Below, piece by piece: positions 1 to 10,000 of a stretch of DNA of 64,000 nucleotides. Position numbers and translations under genes: made by a program. Where the stretch lies: IMG/VR virus record IMGVR_UViG_3300042324_002009, positions 17,709-81,708 of that record; one strand, given 5' to 3'. Source of the DNA: a virus. The notes under the pieces are model-generated. The model searched no databases, was not told the origin of the DNA, and worked only from the letters and a program-made list of their open reading frames with translations. Position 1 is the stretch's first letter. Every line of letters begins with the position of its first letter.

Positions 1-82
1 TTCTCTTATCGTTTGCAAGAATGTTTTTAACAATACTTACTGCCACGTTTAAAAAAGCATTTCCGTCTATGATTAGATTCAT
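1..82 (-). CDS. Partial (N-terminus only) 5'-3' exonuclease / T4 RNase H-like PIN-fold nuclease
   Basis: Manual translation from ATG at 82 gives MNLIIDGNAFLNVAVSIVKNILANDKR..., running off the window. The N-terminal LIIDGN motif is typical of FEN/PIN 5' nucleases, and the gene lies near a gp32-like gene as rnh does in T4-like phages. Confidence 0.55.
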   Translation of the reverse strand, partial: MNLIIDGNAFLNVAVSIVKNILANDKR

Positions 83-88
83 TTTATT

Positions 89-367
89 TTAATTAGTGGG
101 TTGTTTAGGAACTTGTAGTTTCTTTATTGCTTTTACAATAAGCTCAGATTCTTCTAGTGTAAATATTCCTTTAGCTTGGCAATGATTAGCTGAGGCTATT
201 AGAATAAGTACTGCATGTTCTGGAGTTAAATTTACCAAAAAGTTTTCATAATCTTCAAGATTACTATAACTAATTGAAGAAAGTAGAGTAGCTATTGGAG
301 CAGCCTCAGGTTGATTTGCGTCAACCTGAGGAGCTTCAACTACTGGTGGTGTTTTTGATTTTGCCAT
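89..367 (-). CDS. Hypothetical protein (92 aa)
   Basis: ORF packed in operon between the SSB and nuclease genes, with an A-rich start context. No recognisable motif. Confidence 0.7.
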   Translation of the reverse strand: MAKSKTPPVVEAPQVDANQPEAAPIATLLSSISYSNLEDYENFLVNLTPEHAVLILIASANHCQAKGIFTLEESELIVKAIKKLQVPKQPTN

Positions 368-386
368 TTTGTAGTTTAATTATTTT

Positions 387-1439
387 TTATAAAGATGCAA
401 ATAAATCGTCTAAATCATCTGCTTTTGGGGCAGCTGCTTTAGCGGTAGGTTTAACTTCAGGTGCTGGAGCAGAGATTTCAAAGTCATCATCTAAATTAAT
501 TGATGAACTTACATTTTTTACTGCTGGAGCTGGAGTGAATTCAATATCTTCTCCAAGTGGTGCTTGTGTTCTAGCCACTGGCGCAGATAATTTAAAATGT
601 TTTTTCATTCTTTCATCTTTAGTATTTGCAACTAAATTGTCAATGATTTGTTTGTAAGGAATAATTGCTTTAATATAGTCAGCAACTTTTTCGTATTCAA
701 CATCAGTCCATTCCTTTAAGAAATATTGACTCATATCTGGTGAATTCTTTTTAAAGTATTCACTTACAAACTGCATAACCTTAGGTTCAGTAGAAACTGG
801 AATTTCTTTACCTTGAGTTGAGATAATTAATGGGCTAACTTCATTCATGAATTTACTAGCACTAAAATCTCTCCATGCTTTAGTCTTACGCTTAATAACC
901 AAAACAAAATCTTTACCAGTAGTAAGTGAGAATGGATTGATTTTTTGAGTAGTAACTAATTCCTGCTCAGGATTAATTTCTTGTTGGATTAGGTTATCAA
1001 TTGTATATCCATACGAATATATTTTGATTTTACCTTCCATTGTAGGAAATTGTGGATCCTTCTTGATATAAACGCAAGAATAGTAATTGTAGTAACGATT
1101 AAAATACTTTTGAATCTCTTCAACAATAGTAGGCTCTTCATTTTTTAATCGCTTTAATTCAAGATCAAGCGTCCAAAGAATTGATGATGCTCCTGTCGTT
1201 GATGGACAATCTACATACAACTTTTCGTTGGTTAAAGGGTTTATTAATTTAGCTGCATATTTTTTATAGCGGCTCTTAGTTGGATCGGTTACCCAAGGGA
1301 TAAAACGAATAACTGATTTGTAAATACCGTTTTGACCTTGGTCTGGACCGGGATTGTACATGTTGTCGTCGACTTTGCGACCAGCGGATGATGATTTACC
1401 TGAGAAATCATCGAGATTAAGATTGAATAGATCTTCCAT
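387..1439 (-). CDS. gp32: T4 gp32-like single-stranded DNA-binding protein
   Basis: VIRFIP motif, CP..., YYSCVYIKKDPQFPTMEGKIKIYSYG, NPFSLTTGKDFVLVIK, and an acidic C-terminal tail DDLDDLFASL, all characteristic of gp32. Confidence 0.9.
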   Translation of the reverse strand: MEDLFNLNLDDFSGKSSSAGRKVDDNMYNPGPDQGQNGIYKSVIRFIPWVTDPTKSRYKKYAAKLINPLTNEKLYVDCPSTTGASSILWTLDLELKRLKNEEPTIVEEIQKYFNRYYNYYSCVYIKKDPQFPTMEGKIKIYSYGYTIDNLIQQEINPEQELVTTQKINPFSLTTGKDFVLVIKRKTKAWRDFSASKFMNEVSPLIISTQGKEIPVSTEPKVMQFVSEYFKKNSPDMSQYFLKEWTDVEYEKVADYIKAIIPYKQIIDNLVANTKDERMKKHFKLSAPVARTQAPLGEDIEFTPAPAVKNVSSSINLDDDFEISAPAPEVKPTAKAAAPKADDLDDLFASL

Positions 1440-1469
1440 ATTGTTTATAATGTTTAATAATTTAATAGA

Positions 1470-1497
1470 ATTGTACTAAAGAAATGTGAAGAGTTTT
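1470..1497 (-). promoter_or_regulatory. Putative early/middle promoter AAAAC-N17-TACAAT upstream of SSB
   Basis: Minus strand AAAAC (1497-1493), 17 nt spacer, TACAAT (1475-1470). The same geometry occurs at five other sites. Confidence 0.7.
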
Positions 1498-1498
1498 G

Positions 1499-1531
1499 AA
1501 AAAAAAAGGACGAGTTGTAAAACCCGTCCTT
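1499..1531 (-). terminator. Rho-independent terminator after the Hc1-like gene
   Basis: 11-bp stem AAGGACGAGTT/AACCCGTCCTT (one G-U pair on the minus strand) with a 4-nt loop, followed by a U run on the minus strand. Confidence 0.8.
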
Positions 1532-1558
1532 AAATGTGAACTTTTTGTCTAATAAAAA

Positions 1559-1750
1559 TTAGGCTTTAGTATCAACTTTAGATTCTTGAACGTGAGTTCG
1601 GCCTTCTTGACAAAGAGCTTTAATGTCTTGAAGAACTTTACGAGTTCTAGTTCCAGCTGATTTATTTCCTTTTTCGTAGAATTTTCCAGCTTCTGCTTCT
1701 AATTGAGAAACTTGTTCCTTTAGCGATGTTAACCATGTAGGTGTTGTCAT
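1559..1750 (-). CDS. Histone H1-like (Hc1 family) small basic nucleoid protein
   Basis: KFYEKGNKSAGTRTRKVLQDIK matches the KGNKAAGTRARK-type core of Hc1/Bacteroidetes 'histone H1' proteins. Has its own promoter and terminator. Confidence 0.8.
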   Translation of the reverse strand: MTTPTWLTSLKEQVSQLEAEAGKFYEKGNKSAGTRTRKVLQDIKALCQEGRTHVQESKVDTKA

Positions 1751-1771
1751 AATTTCAAATATTTTTTGTAT

Positions 1772-1799
1772 CTTATATTTGAGAAATCCACCCGGTTTT
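1772..1799 (-). promoter_or_regulatory. Putative early/middle promoter AAAAC-N17-TATAAG
   Basis: Same spacing as the other copies, directly upstream of the Hc1-like gene. One mismatch in the -10 hexamer. Confidence 0.55.
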
Positions 1800-1804
1800 A
1801 AATA

Positions 1805-2530
1805 TTAGTGATATTTGTTTGAAAATTTAGCTACTGGGTATACTTTTTTAGCAAAATCTATCCAAGTTTTCATAACCTTGTCAGCTTCAGATTGAGAAAT
1901 TACATTAGTCTCAATGAATGGCTGTAAATATTCTGTAAATTCCTGGTCAAGAGGTATTCGCTTCTTTTTAGCTGATGCATACATACCGGCAACCATTGCT
2001 GGAATTTCGTCAGATAATAAAAAGTAGTTATAATTATTTTGAGCACGGGTTCTGACTGCTTTTGGGGTATTAACAATATGTCCAGTCTTTTTATTTATGC
2101 CTTTTTGTAAAAGGTGCTCAAGTTCATGTCGTATATTGTCAATTAACTTATAATTTAATTCCGGATAACATTGAGGCTCTGCCTCTGGGCTAATATAGAG
2201 AATTATTTCAATTTCAGGTGATTCAGGCTCGTTTTCCTTTGGGATAAATGAATTTGCATCTATTGCAAAACCTTTATTTTCAAAATTAATTACCTCCCAA
2301 GGAAGTCTACTAAAATATTTAGATTTAGCTGGCTCAAATTCTTTAACTCTAGCTAGTTTAATTGATAGAGTAAATTCAAGTGGATTATCATATTCAAATT
2401 CTTTAGATATTTCTTTACCAAGCTTGGAACCAGCAGTTTTCTTAATTACACCAAATAAGTCTTTAGCAAAAACTGAGGCAAGTGAATCATATTTTGATTC
2501 AAATATAAATTGCGAAAACCTTTTTATCAT
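1805..2530 (-). CDS. Hypothetical HExxH protein, probable internal head protein
   Basis: IRHELEH motif with downstream DEIPA glutamate (zincin-like). N-terminus MIKRFSQFIFE resembles T4 capsid-targeting leaders. Confidence 0.55.
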   Translation of the reverse strand: MIKRFSQFIFESKYDSLASVFAKDLFGVIKKTAGSKLGKEISKEFEYDNPLEFTLSIKLARVKEFEPAKSKYFSRLPWEVINFENKGFAIDANSFIPKENEPESPEIEIILYISPEAEPQCYPELNYKLIDNIRHELEHLLQKGINKKTGHIVNTPKAVRTRAQNNYNYFLLSDEIPAMVAGMYASAKKKRIPLDQEFTEYLQPFIETNVISQSEADKVMKTWIDFAKKVYPVAKFSNKYH

Positions 2531-3111
2531 TTTTTAGATTTAATAAAATTTACGTCTAATTTATTGGTTGAAGGTGATAATTTAGAATCAAACTCTATAT
2601 CAATATCACCTTTGTCAATACCTAGTTTTTTAGCAGCCATTGCAGATTTTAGTTTATCATAAACTTCTTTATCTAAAAATCCTTTACCCCTAAGGGCATC
2701 AACTATATCAGTTTTCTTTGAATCTAATTGGCTATCGGTGATCCATTTATCTAAATCAGCTTGCTTAAGTTGATATTCTTTATAACGTTTAACTCCTCCG
2801 CCTCCAGTATAGTTAGAATGCCATTTTTTATCATCATCTACCAATACAATATTAATATCGCCAGTTTGACCAGCGGTTGGAGCTGGTGCATTTGGGTCTG
2901 GTGGTAATTCAGCAGTTGCAAATGGATCAGTTGAAGGTGGCGTCATTGATGTTGTTGGATCCGGTGAACTTACTGGAGCTGGTGCATTTTCATCAGGCAA
3001 TGGAGCAGCCTCAGTCTCAGTAGACGAAGGTGGCTCAACTGGTGGTGGAATAGGAGTAGGTTCATCTGCTTCTAATAATAGCTTAAATTGGTTAAAGTTT
3101 AGGATTTCCAT
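2527..3111 (-). CDS. Hypothetical Pro/acidic-rich protein, probable internal head protein
   Basis: N-terminus MEILNFNQFKLLLEA, followed by a Pro/Thr/Glu-rich linker. Preceded by TATAAATA and overlaps the next gene by 4 nt. Confidence 0.6.
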   Translation of the reverse strand: MEILNFNQFKLLLEADEPTPIPPPVEPPSSTETEAAPLPDENAPAPVSSPDPTTSMTPPSTDPFATAELPPDPNAPAPTAGQTGDINIVLVDDDKKWHSNYTGGGGVKRYKEYQLKQADLDKWITDSQLDSKKTDIVDALRGKGFLDKEVYDKLKSAMAAKKLGIDKGDIDIEFDSKLSPSTNKLDVNFIKSKK

Positions 3112-3130
3112 AAATATAGTAATTGTTATG

Positions 3131-3140
3131 GTTATTTATA
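3131..3140 (-). promoter_or_regulatory. T4-type late promoter TATAAATAAC
   Basis: Exact T4 late consensus TATAAATA about 20 nt upstream of the start at 3111, just after the nrdJ terminator. Confidence 0.7.
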
Positions 3141-3141
3141 C

Positions 3142-3170
3142 AAAAAAAGGGAGACAACTGCCTCCCTTTT
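3142..3170 (-). terminator. Rho-independent terminator after nrdJ
   Basis: AAAAGGGAG-8nt-CTCCCTTTT inverted repeat with an A7 run (U tract on the minus strand). Confidence 0.85.
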
Positions 3171-3192
3171 CATATTCAGTAGTTACTGTAGA

Positions 3193-5766
3193 TTAACCGC
3201 ACTTAGAATCACCGCAGTTCTTACAAGATAGGCAACCTTCTGTATAAACAAGTGCATCTGATCCACAAGATTTACAGGTTTTGCCAGAAACAGTAGTGCC
3301 GTCTTTTACAAACTTTTTAAGCATTCGTTTAACTCCAGCTTTCCAGGTAGTAATTAGGTCACCGTCTAGGTTTAAAGAATCCAATAATTCAATAACATAT
3401 GGTAATGGCATGCCATGTCGTAATACAGCAGAGATAGTTTTTGCCATATCATGATACTTTTCGTCAAATGCATGATTTAAGTTAGGGATTTTAATTGTTT
3501 CTCCAAGTTTATCAACATAGACTACGTCATATGAAGATTTTCCTTCTTTTTTAGTTCTAACAATTTTAACGGTTTCAACATAAGTTGGAATTGGAAAATT
3601 TTCATGTTGACCAGTAAATACCTCATATGGTTTCCCGTTTAGAAGTCCAATAAGTCCAACCCAACGTTCTCCGCTATTCATAAAGGTAGTAACTGAACCT
3701 TCTAATGATAGTGGTCTTTTTGGAGCCTGTGAATCGCTAAATAATTCCTGTTTTTTCTTATCGTCCTTTGAAACTAATACACCGGATCTAGAACCGTCTC
3801 GATAAATGGTACAGCCTTTACAGCCTTCTTCCCAAGCAGTCATATAAACTTGATTAACCAATTCTTCAGTAACGTGTTCTGGAAGATTCACGGTAACCGA
3901 AATTGAATGGTCAACCCATTGTTGAATCTTTCCTTGCATTCTAACTTTTTCTACCCAGTCAACATCATTTGCCATTGCTTTATGGTATGGAGACTTTTCA
4001 GTTAGTAACTGTATGGTGTCATCTGAGAGCTTTTCGATAATGTCTGATTCACCATTTGGAATGTATTTGTATCCTTCAATCTCAATCCATTTTTTAAAGC
4101 CGTGATGAAATACGTGATATTCTTCCCAATGATCCCCAACTGAATCAATAAAGTCAGATTTGGAATTTTTATCATTTGGATTAATTTTCTTTCGGCGTTT
4201 ATAAGATACCATAAAGGCAGGCTCAATACCTGAAGTAGTTTGAGACATTAACGAAACTGTACCAGTTGGTGCAATTGTCAATAGCGCAATATTACGTCTG
4301 CCGTATTTCATAAGATCTGAATATAGTTCAGCATCGTATTCTTTAATTCTTTCTAGGAATGGATGGCCTTCTTCTCTAGCTGCGTCCCATATTTTAAATG
4401 CTCCACGCTCTTTTGCTAGGGTATTAGATGAACGAAAAACTTCAAGTGCATAAGTTCTAGCAACTTCAACTGCAAAGTCAGTTGCTTTTTTAGTTCCATA
4501 ACGTAAACCTAATGCTGCAAGCATATCGCCTTCAGCAGTAATACCGACACCAGTACGGCGGCCTTCCATACATTTGGTTCGAATACGAAGCCATAGTTCA
4601 AGTTCAGTACGTTTAACGTCAGTAGATTCAGGATCACTGTCAATTTTAGAAATAATTGTATCAATTTTTTCAATTTCAAGATCAATAATATCATCCATCA
4701 TACGTAGTGCAATTTGAGCGTGTTCTTTAAATAAGTCAAAATCAAATTTTGCATTTTTAGTAAATGGATTAACTACATATGAATATAGGTTAATTGCTAA
4801 TAATCTACATGAATCGTCTGGACATAATGGAATTTCTCCACATGGATTAGTTGAAACTGTTTTATATCCTAAATCAGCATAACGGTCAGCAAATGATTCT
4901 CTAATTATTTGATCCCAATAAAGAATTCCTGGCTCTGCTGATTTCCAAGCATTATGAATAACTTTATTCCACAGAAGTTTTGGATCAATTACTTTGGTTA
5001 CTTTTGGAGAGTCAGAAAAAATTGGATATTGCTGAGTATACGGTTTACCTGCTTTAACCGCTTTCATAAAATCATCGTGCATTTTAAGAGAGATATTTGC
5101 ACCAGTAACTTTAGTACTATCAAGTTTAGCATCAACAAATGCTTCTGCTTCTGGGTGTCTAACTGAGCATGATAACATTAATGCTCCACGACGGCCACCT
5201 TGAGCAACTTCACGCGTTGAGTTTGAATATCTTTCCATAAATGGAATAATACCAGTAGAAGTTAGGGCTGAATTCTTAACTGGCAAACCTGCAGGTCGAA
5301 TATCAGATAAATCATGACCTACACCTCCACGGCGTTTCATTAATTGAACTTGCTCTTGATCTACTTTTAAGATTGCACCATATGAGTCAGATGATCCATT
5401 AACGCCAATAACAAAACAGTTAGACAATGATACTGTTTGATTATTATTTCCAATACCGCTCATTGGTGAACCTTGTGGAATAATATATTTAAACTTGTCT
5501 AATAGTGAAAAGATATATTCTTCGCTTAATGGATTTTTATATTTCTTTTCAACTCTTGCTAATTCTGATGCAATTCGACGATGCATCATTTCTGGATTCT
5601 TTTCGTAAAGATTACCGTCTGAATCTTTTAATGCGTATTTGTTAATCCATACACTGGCTGCTAAATCATCTCCATTAAAATACTCTAATGATGACGCATT
5701 TGCTTCTTCTCGGGTATACGTCATTTTAACCTCGGTTTCTGTTTCTAATACTGAATTGTCTATCAT
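3193..5766 (-). CDS. nrdJ: Class II adenosylcobalamin-dependent ribonucleotide reductase
   Basis: PQGSPM, SLSNCFV, RRGGVG, TNPCGEIPL (catalytic Cys), TIAPTGT, KGCTIYRDGSR, a C-terminal TSCPD-like domain and a CxxC...CxxC Zn ribbon. No small-subunit gene nearby. Confidence 0.93.
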   Translation of the reverse strand: MIDNSVLETETEVKMTYTREEANASSLEYFNGDDLAASVWINKYALKDSDGNLYEKNPEMMHRRIASELARVEKKYKNPLSEEYIFSLLDKFKYIIPQGSPMSGIGNNNQTVSLSNCFVIGVNGSSDSYGAILKVDQEQVQLMKRRGGVGHDLSDIRPAGLPVKNSALTSTGIIPFMERYSNSTREVAQGGRRGALMLSCSVRHPEAEAFVDAKLDSTKVTGANISLKMHDDFMKAVKAGKPYTQQYPIFSDSPKVTKVIDPKLLWNKVIHNAWKSAEPGILYWDQIIRESFADRYADLGYKTVSTNPCGEIPLCPDDSCRLLAINLYSYVVNPFTKNAKFDFDLFKEHAQIALRMMDDIIDLEIEKIDTIISKIDSDPESTDVKRTELELWLRIRTKCMEGRRTGVGITAEGDMLAALGLRYGTKKATDFAVEVARTYALEVFRSSNTLAKERGAFKIWDAAREEGHPFLERIKEYDAELYSDLMKYGRRNIALLTIAPTGTVSLMSQTTSGIEPAFMVSYKRRKKINPNDKNSKSDFIDSVGDHWEEYHVFHHGFKKWIEIEGYKYIPNGESDIIEKLSDDTIQLLTEKSPYHKAMANDVDWVEKVRMQGKIQQWVDHSISVTVNLPEHVTEELVNQVYMTAWEEGCKGCTIYRDGSRSGVLVSKDDKKKQELFSDSQAPKRPLSLEGSVTTFMNSGERWVGLIGLLNGKPYEVFTGQHENFPIPTYVETVKIVRTKKEGKSSYDVVYVDKLGETIKIPNLNHAFDEKYHDMAKTISAVLRHGMPLPYVIELLDSLNLDGDLITTWKAGVKRMLKKFVKDGTTVSGKTCKSCGSDALVYTEGCLSCKNCGDSKCG

Positions 5767-5806
5767 TTTTATTGTTTATTTTTAAGTTAATCTATTGAAA
5801 AAAGAC

Positions 5807-5839
5807 AACTCTACCCCAGCGGTTTACTGAGGTAGGGTT
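5807..5839 (-). terminator. Hairpin between the S1-like gene and nrdJ (weak terminator or processing site)
   Basis: 13-bp imperfect stem AACTCTACCCCAG/CTGAGGTAGGGTT. The U run is displaced 3 nt from the stem base. Confidence 0.45.
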
Positions 5840-5841
5840 AA

Positions 5842-7029
5842 CTATTGGATAAAATCGTATCTTAATTGTTTACGAATTGCATCAACTTTGTGAACTTTTA
5901 TTTGACCTGAGTCTGAAATTTTAGTTCTACCTTTTAGGTGATTTACATCACTCTTAAAAGTATTTTCGCCGTCCGGCATTATGATGGTAATTGAGAAATC
6001 AGATTTGTCTAATGAATAGGTTAAAGTTTGGCCTTCAATTTTGTTTTTAAGATCTTGCCATTGAAGTTGTTCTTGACCAATTTTATCATATGAATCGGTT
6101 AGGATTATACGAGGTTCGCCTTTTTTAATTATAACGTCCTTAACATAAAATTCAATAGTATCTCCAGAACGATATTGTTTACTAACCTCTTCATAATTTT
6201 CAAATTCAGTTTTATGAAGTAGTCCGGTAAAATAGTTTTGGAATTCAACAAACATTCCAAAGTCATATGGCTTATTGGTTAAAATACCTGTGTATTTTTC
6301 TCCAATATTAAGTTCATGTACTTTTTGAGGTAACGTCTGTTTAATATATTTCTTATATGAAACGATGAATAGATCATTAGTTGAATCGTAATTCTCAATC
6401 ATTACTGGAATTTCTTTATTCAAATATTCATTAAAGTCTCTAATTACGTTAGCGGCAGCATGCGAACCTGGTAAAAAGCATTTAACTGTTCCTTTATAGA
6501 GTGCAAGGTATCCGCCTTTAACAAGGTTAGTAACTTTGACATAGAACCATTTTTCTGTTTTTAAATAGTCTTCTAAATCTTCACGATGAGAAAGAGCAGC
6601 ACAACGTTTTTCTGAACCTAAGAAATCGCCATTATCATTTTTGTAAATAATAACTTTAAAACTGTGATTAACTTCATTGTGTACTAATAATGAAGGTTCG
6701 GAGCTAAATTCTCTAAATGGAACAAAGATTGTAGATAAAGATGCATTATCTTGAACTTCAATCATTTTCTCATCAAAGTCAATTTTCTTAGCAGTAACCG
6801 TACAGACCTTACCGAGTTCAAAATCTTTATTTGATGGTACAAATGAGGTTTTTGAATTTGATGAAAAGTACATGTCATACAATTCTTGAGCATAGGGCTC
6901 TTTACAGAAAATTTTAAGACCAGAACGTTGATCTTCTGGTGTCAATTTAATGGTTCGATTAAATTTAGAATTCCCTTGACTGAATAGTTGTTCAAAATCA
7001 ATTAATTCTCGGGTGTTGTCTTTTTGCAT
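5842..7029 (-). CDS. Ribosomal protein S1-like multi-S1-domain RNA-binding protein
   Basis: S1 repeats VKVTNLVKGGYLALYKGTVKCFLPGSH and GEKYTGILTNKPYDFGMFVEFQNYFTGLLHKTE...GDTIEFYV, plus IVSYKK linker, as in bS1 domains. Confidence 0.8.
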   Translation of the reverse strand: MQKDNTRELIDFEQLFSQGNSKFNRTIKLTPEDQRSGLKIFCKEPYAQELYDMYFSSNSKTSFVPSNKDFELGKVCTVTAKKIDFDEKMIEVQDNASLSTIFVPFREFSSEPSLLVHNEVNHSFKVIIYKNDNGDFLGSEKRCAALSHREDLEDYLKTEKWFYVKVTNLVKGGYLALYKGTVKCFLPGSHAAANVIRDFNEYLNKEIPVMIENYDSTNDLFIVSYKKYIKQTLPQKVHELNIGEKYTGILTNKPYDFGMFVEFQNYFTGLLHKTEFENYEEVSKQYRSGDTIEFYVKDVIIKKGEPRIILTDSYDKIGQEQLQWQDLKNKIEGQTLTYSLDKSDFSITIIMPDGENTFKSDVNHLKGRTKISDSGQIKVHKVDAIRKQLRYDFIQ

Positions 7030-7056
7030 ATGTTATTGTTTAAACGTTGCTATTTA

Positions 7057-7084
7057 ATTATACATAAAAAAAGTCAGTAGTTTT
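7057..7084 (-). promoter_or_regulatory. Putative early/middle promoter AAAAC-N17-TATAAT
   Basis: Perfect TATAAT (with TG just upstream), AAAAC 17 nt upstream, and 27 nt to the start of the S1-like gene. Confidence 0.75.
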
Positions 7085-10000
7085 ATGAAGTATGCATTCC
7101 TGGGTCAATAAAAATACTAGGTGACCATGCGGTCGGATAGAGTCCTGGCATTTTTGATTGGAACAGTAGAGTACCAGTTGAAGTTATACTTCCTCTCCAT
7201 GCAAGTTCATCTAAGAATATTGCAAATAATGGATTTTTATGAGTTAGTCTTTCCCATGGTGGAAGGTCATCTTGATTAAAAAATGGGCTTGACGCAATCC
7301 TAGCAACTTGAACTCCTGGCTTATTACCAAACGAACATGCAAGTATTGAAACTAAATATGCTAATTCTTTAACTACTGGCTCAGCAAAAGTAATAACTGG
7401 AATATATGCAGCTTTTAATAAATTAATTGCATCTAAATTTGCTAATTTAAGTTTACTTGAATTTGGTATTTTTAACTGAATTGCCATTATTGCTAATTTA
7501 ATTGGAAGAATATATGGATTGGCTGAATCAACTACGGTAAAACTTAAATCTTTTAAACTTTTAGTTAGTGATAAAATTGGGCCAACTATTGTTTTTAATG
7601 GTTCTAAAATTCCATCAATTGCAGTATTTAATAGGCCTTTAATTAATTCAACTAGGTCAGTTGAGGTAAGTAGTGCAAAATAACTAACAATATCAAGCGG
7701 TAACATTGGAATTTTTGGAAGCTTTATATTAAATCCATTAGGCAATGTTATTGAAACATATTTTGAAGATGTAGTAGTAGAAACTTTTGCAAATTCAGAA
7801 TTTCCACATGGAATCTGTCTAAGAATCTCTTTTAGCGAACTTGAGTTTGGTCCTTGATTGGCAGTTAACATATCACCAGCATCAGATAACATCCTAAGTA
7901 TTAATTCAAGTAAGTATGCAATTGCTAATTTAAGTAACGGTTTAATTACAATATCTAATGGTATTACTATTTGAATTGGAAACGGTACACCTAACGGATT
8001 TGGAGATTGTGGAACAGTTAATGCAGTTAATACTGGTAATATTATTGCTTGTGAAATTGATACAATGTCTGGTTTTTCCGGTAAAATAATTGGTGGAAGT
8101 AATCCAAGCAATGAATTAAATAAGGTGGTCACAGCAGAAATTCCAATTTCTTCAAGAGACTCTCCTAATAAACTTTTTAATACATCAATAGTTAAGCCGG
8201 ATAAAAGAGCATCAAGTAGTGCATTAAAAACTCCAAGAGCGGCAAGAACTTGTGGTGAAACTACCTCAAGTGGAGGTTGAGCCGCTGGGCAGCACGGAGC
8301 AGCTGGATCAAATAGTTTTAAATTAGGAGCAGCAACTGAAAGTGTAGTAAATGTCAAGGCTTTTTGAAGACGTTCTTTTCTTAATTTTGCAGCTTTTTTA
8401 ATCTTACCTTTCTCAACATCACTTAAGTTTGGATCAATATCTTCATCTGCTGGATTTGCATTTCCTTGTAAATAATCTAATGCTTTATTTGAATATTCTT
8501 TGATTGCTTTTTTAAATTCTCTAACGTCATCTGCTTTATTTAAGTTAAAAGATTTCTTACTCTTTAATTTAGTTGGATCAACTTGAGAGGCCATTCTTTT
8601 TATTTTTGCAATAAAATTAGTGGCGTCAATATCTGCACCTAATAAACCCTTTGCGGCTTTTTCAATAGTTGGTTGTAATCCACTAATCGCAGATGGTAAT
8701 TTTGGGTTAAGTTTAGTTGGGCTATCAGGAAAGGAAATTGTTCCTAATTTGATTTTATCAATATATTTATCAAAATCATCCAATACTCCTGAGATTTTAG
8801 AAGATAAGGTAATTGGGTCTAATGACCTTGCCGCTTTTTTAGATTCACGCTTCTTTTTTAAGTCTGATTCACCCTCGGCACCCATTACTTGGGACTCACG
8901 GTCCTTTCTGGTTTTATCCTTTAGTTTAGTAACTGCAGTTAGTTGAATTTCTCCTAATTTATTAAATTGAAGATTCATACTTCTTTTAAAATCTGCAATT
9001 TGTTTATCAAAATCATTTGACAAATCTAAATCTAGAAAGTTCATCATTTTTTCTAACTCGCCAGCGTATGATGCTATATAAGTAATTGGATCAACTTCAC
9101 CAATTGGGGTTCCGTCCCTTGTTGTAATATTAGGATTTTTGCCAAGTGCTAAAGTTGCAGCAAGTGCAGTAAGCCTAACCGCTTTTGATGCATTTCCAGA
9201 AATAGCTAATGGATTAACTAATGAACCTTTAATTAATTGCCCCTTAAATGGATTAGCTGGGTCAAGGCCTAGTGGATTTTCAGAGGCAGCAGTTTGATCA
9301 ATTTCAAATCCATATTTTATCGAAGTAGGCGTCATGTATACTAATGGAATATTGGGAGCAAGTAACATATACTTATTACCGTCTGGTGCAAAATATAGGA
9401 TATAAATGCTAGGTAATGGTATTCCAACTATTGCAATTGGCATTGTTAGGAAAGTAACAAGTGTGCCAACTGGGGTAGATAGTGTAAATAAGGTTCTCCA
9501 TTTTTGAGGTATTGGTATTAATGCAATACCTAATGGGGTTGGAATAATATTGTTAATTGGATAATATCTAAATAATGGAGCAGTTAAGTCAGGAATAGGT
9601 AAAAGGCTTACTTTATTTAATGATTTTGTAAATTCTCTCCAATAACAACTATTTGTCATATCTGGTAAACTTGCATCATTTCCGCCTAGCGTTCTAATGA
9701 ATAGTGGATCTTGTCCAAGTTTTTTCAGTGTTTCGGCTTCACAGTCTTTAGTTGGAATCGTGATTGCTGATGGCCCCTTAAAACATGCAACATCCGCAAT
9801 TCTTTTTGCTAGAACATCTGGATCCATTGAATTTTCCTTTATCTTTACCTCTAATAATCCAATTTCAGTATTACACTCTTTTATTTTTTCAAGTATTTCA
9901 GAATAGGCTTTAGTATAATAGGCTAATTTTTCTGGTAAAACTGAATCAACTGGACTGTATTTAAAATTTCCATTTGAATAAATGCTGGAAGTTTGAGCTC

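Noticed and set aside
5767-5841. Cobalamin riboswitch upstream of nrdJ
   Set aside because: The gap is only 75 nt with a single hairpin, too short and lacking a recognisable B12 box.
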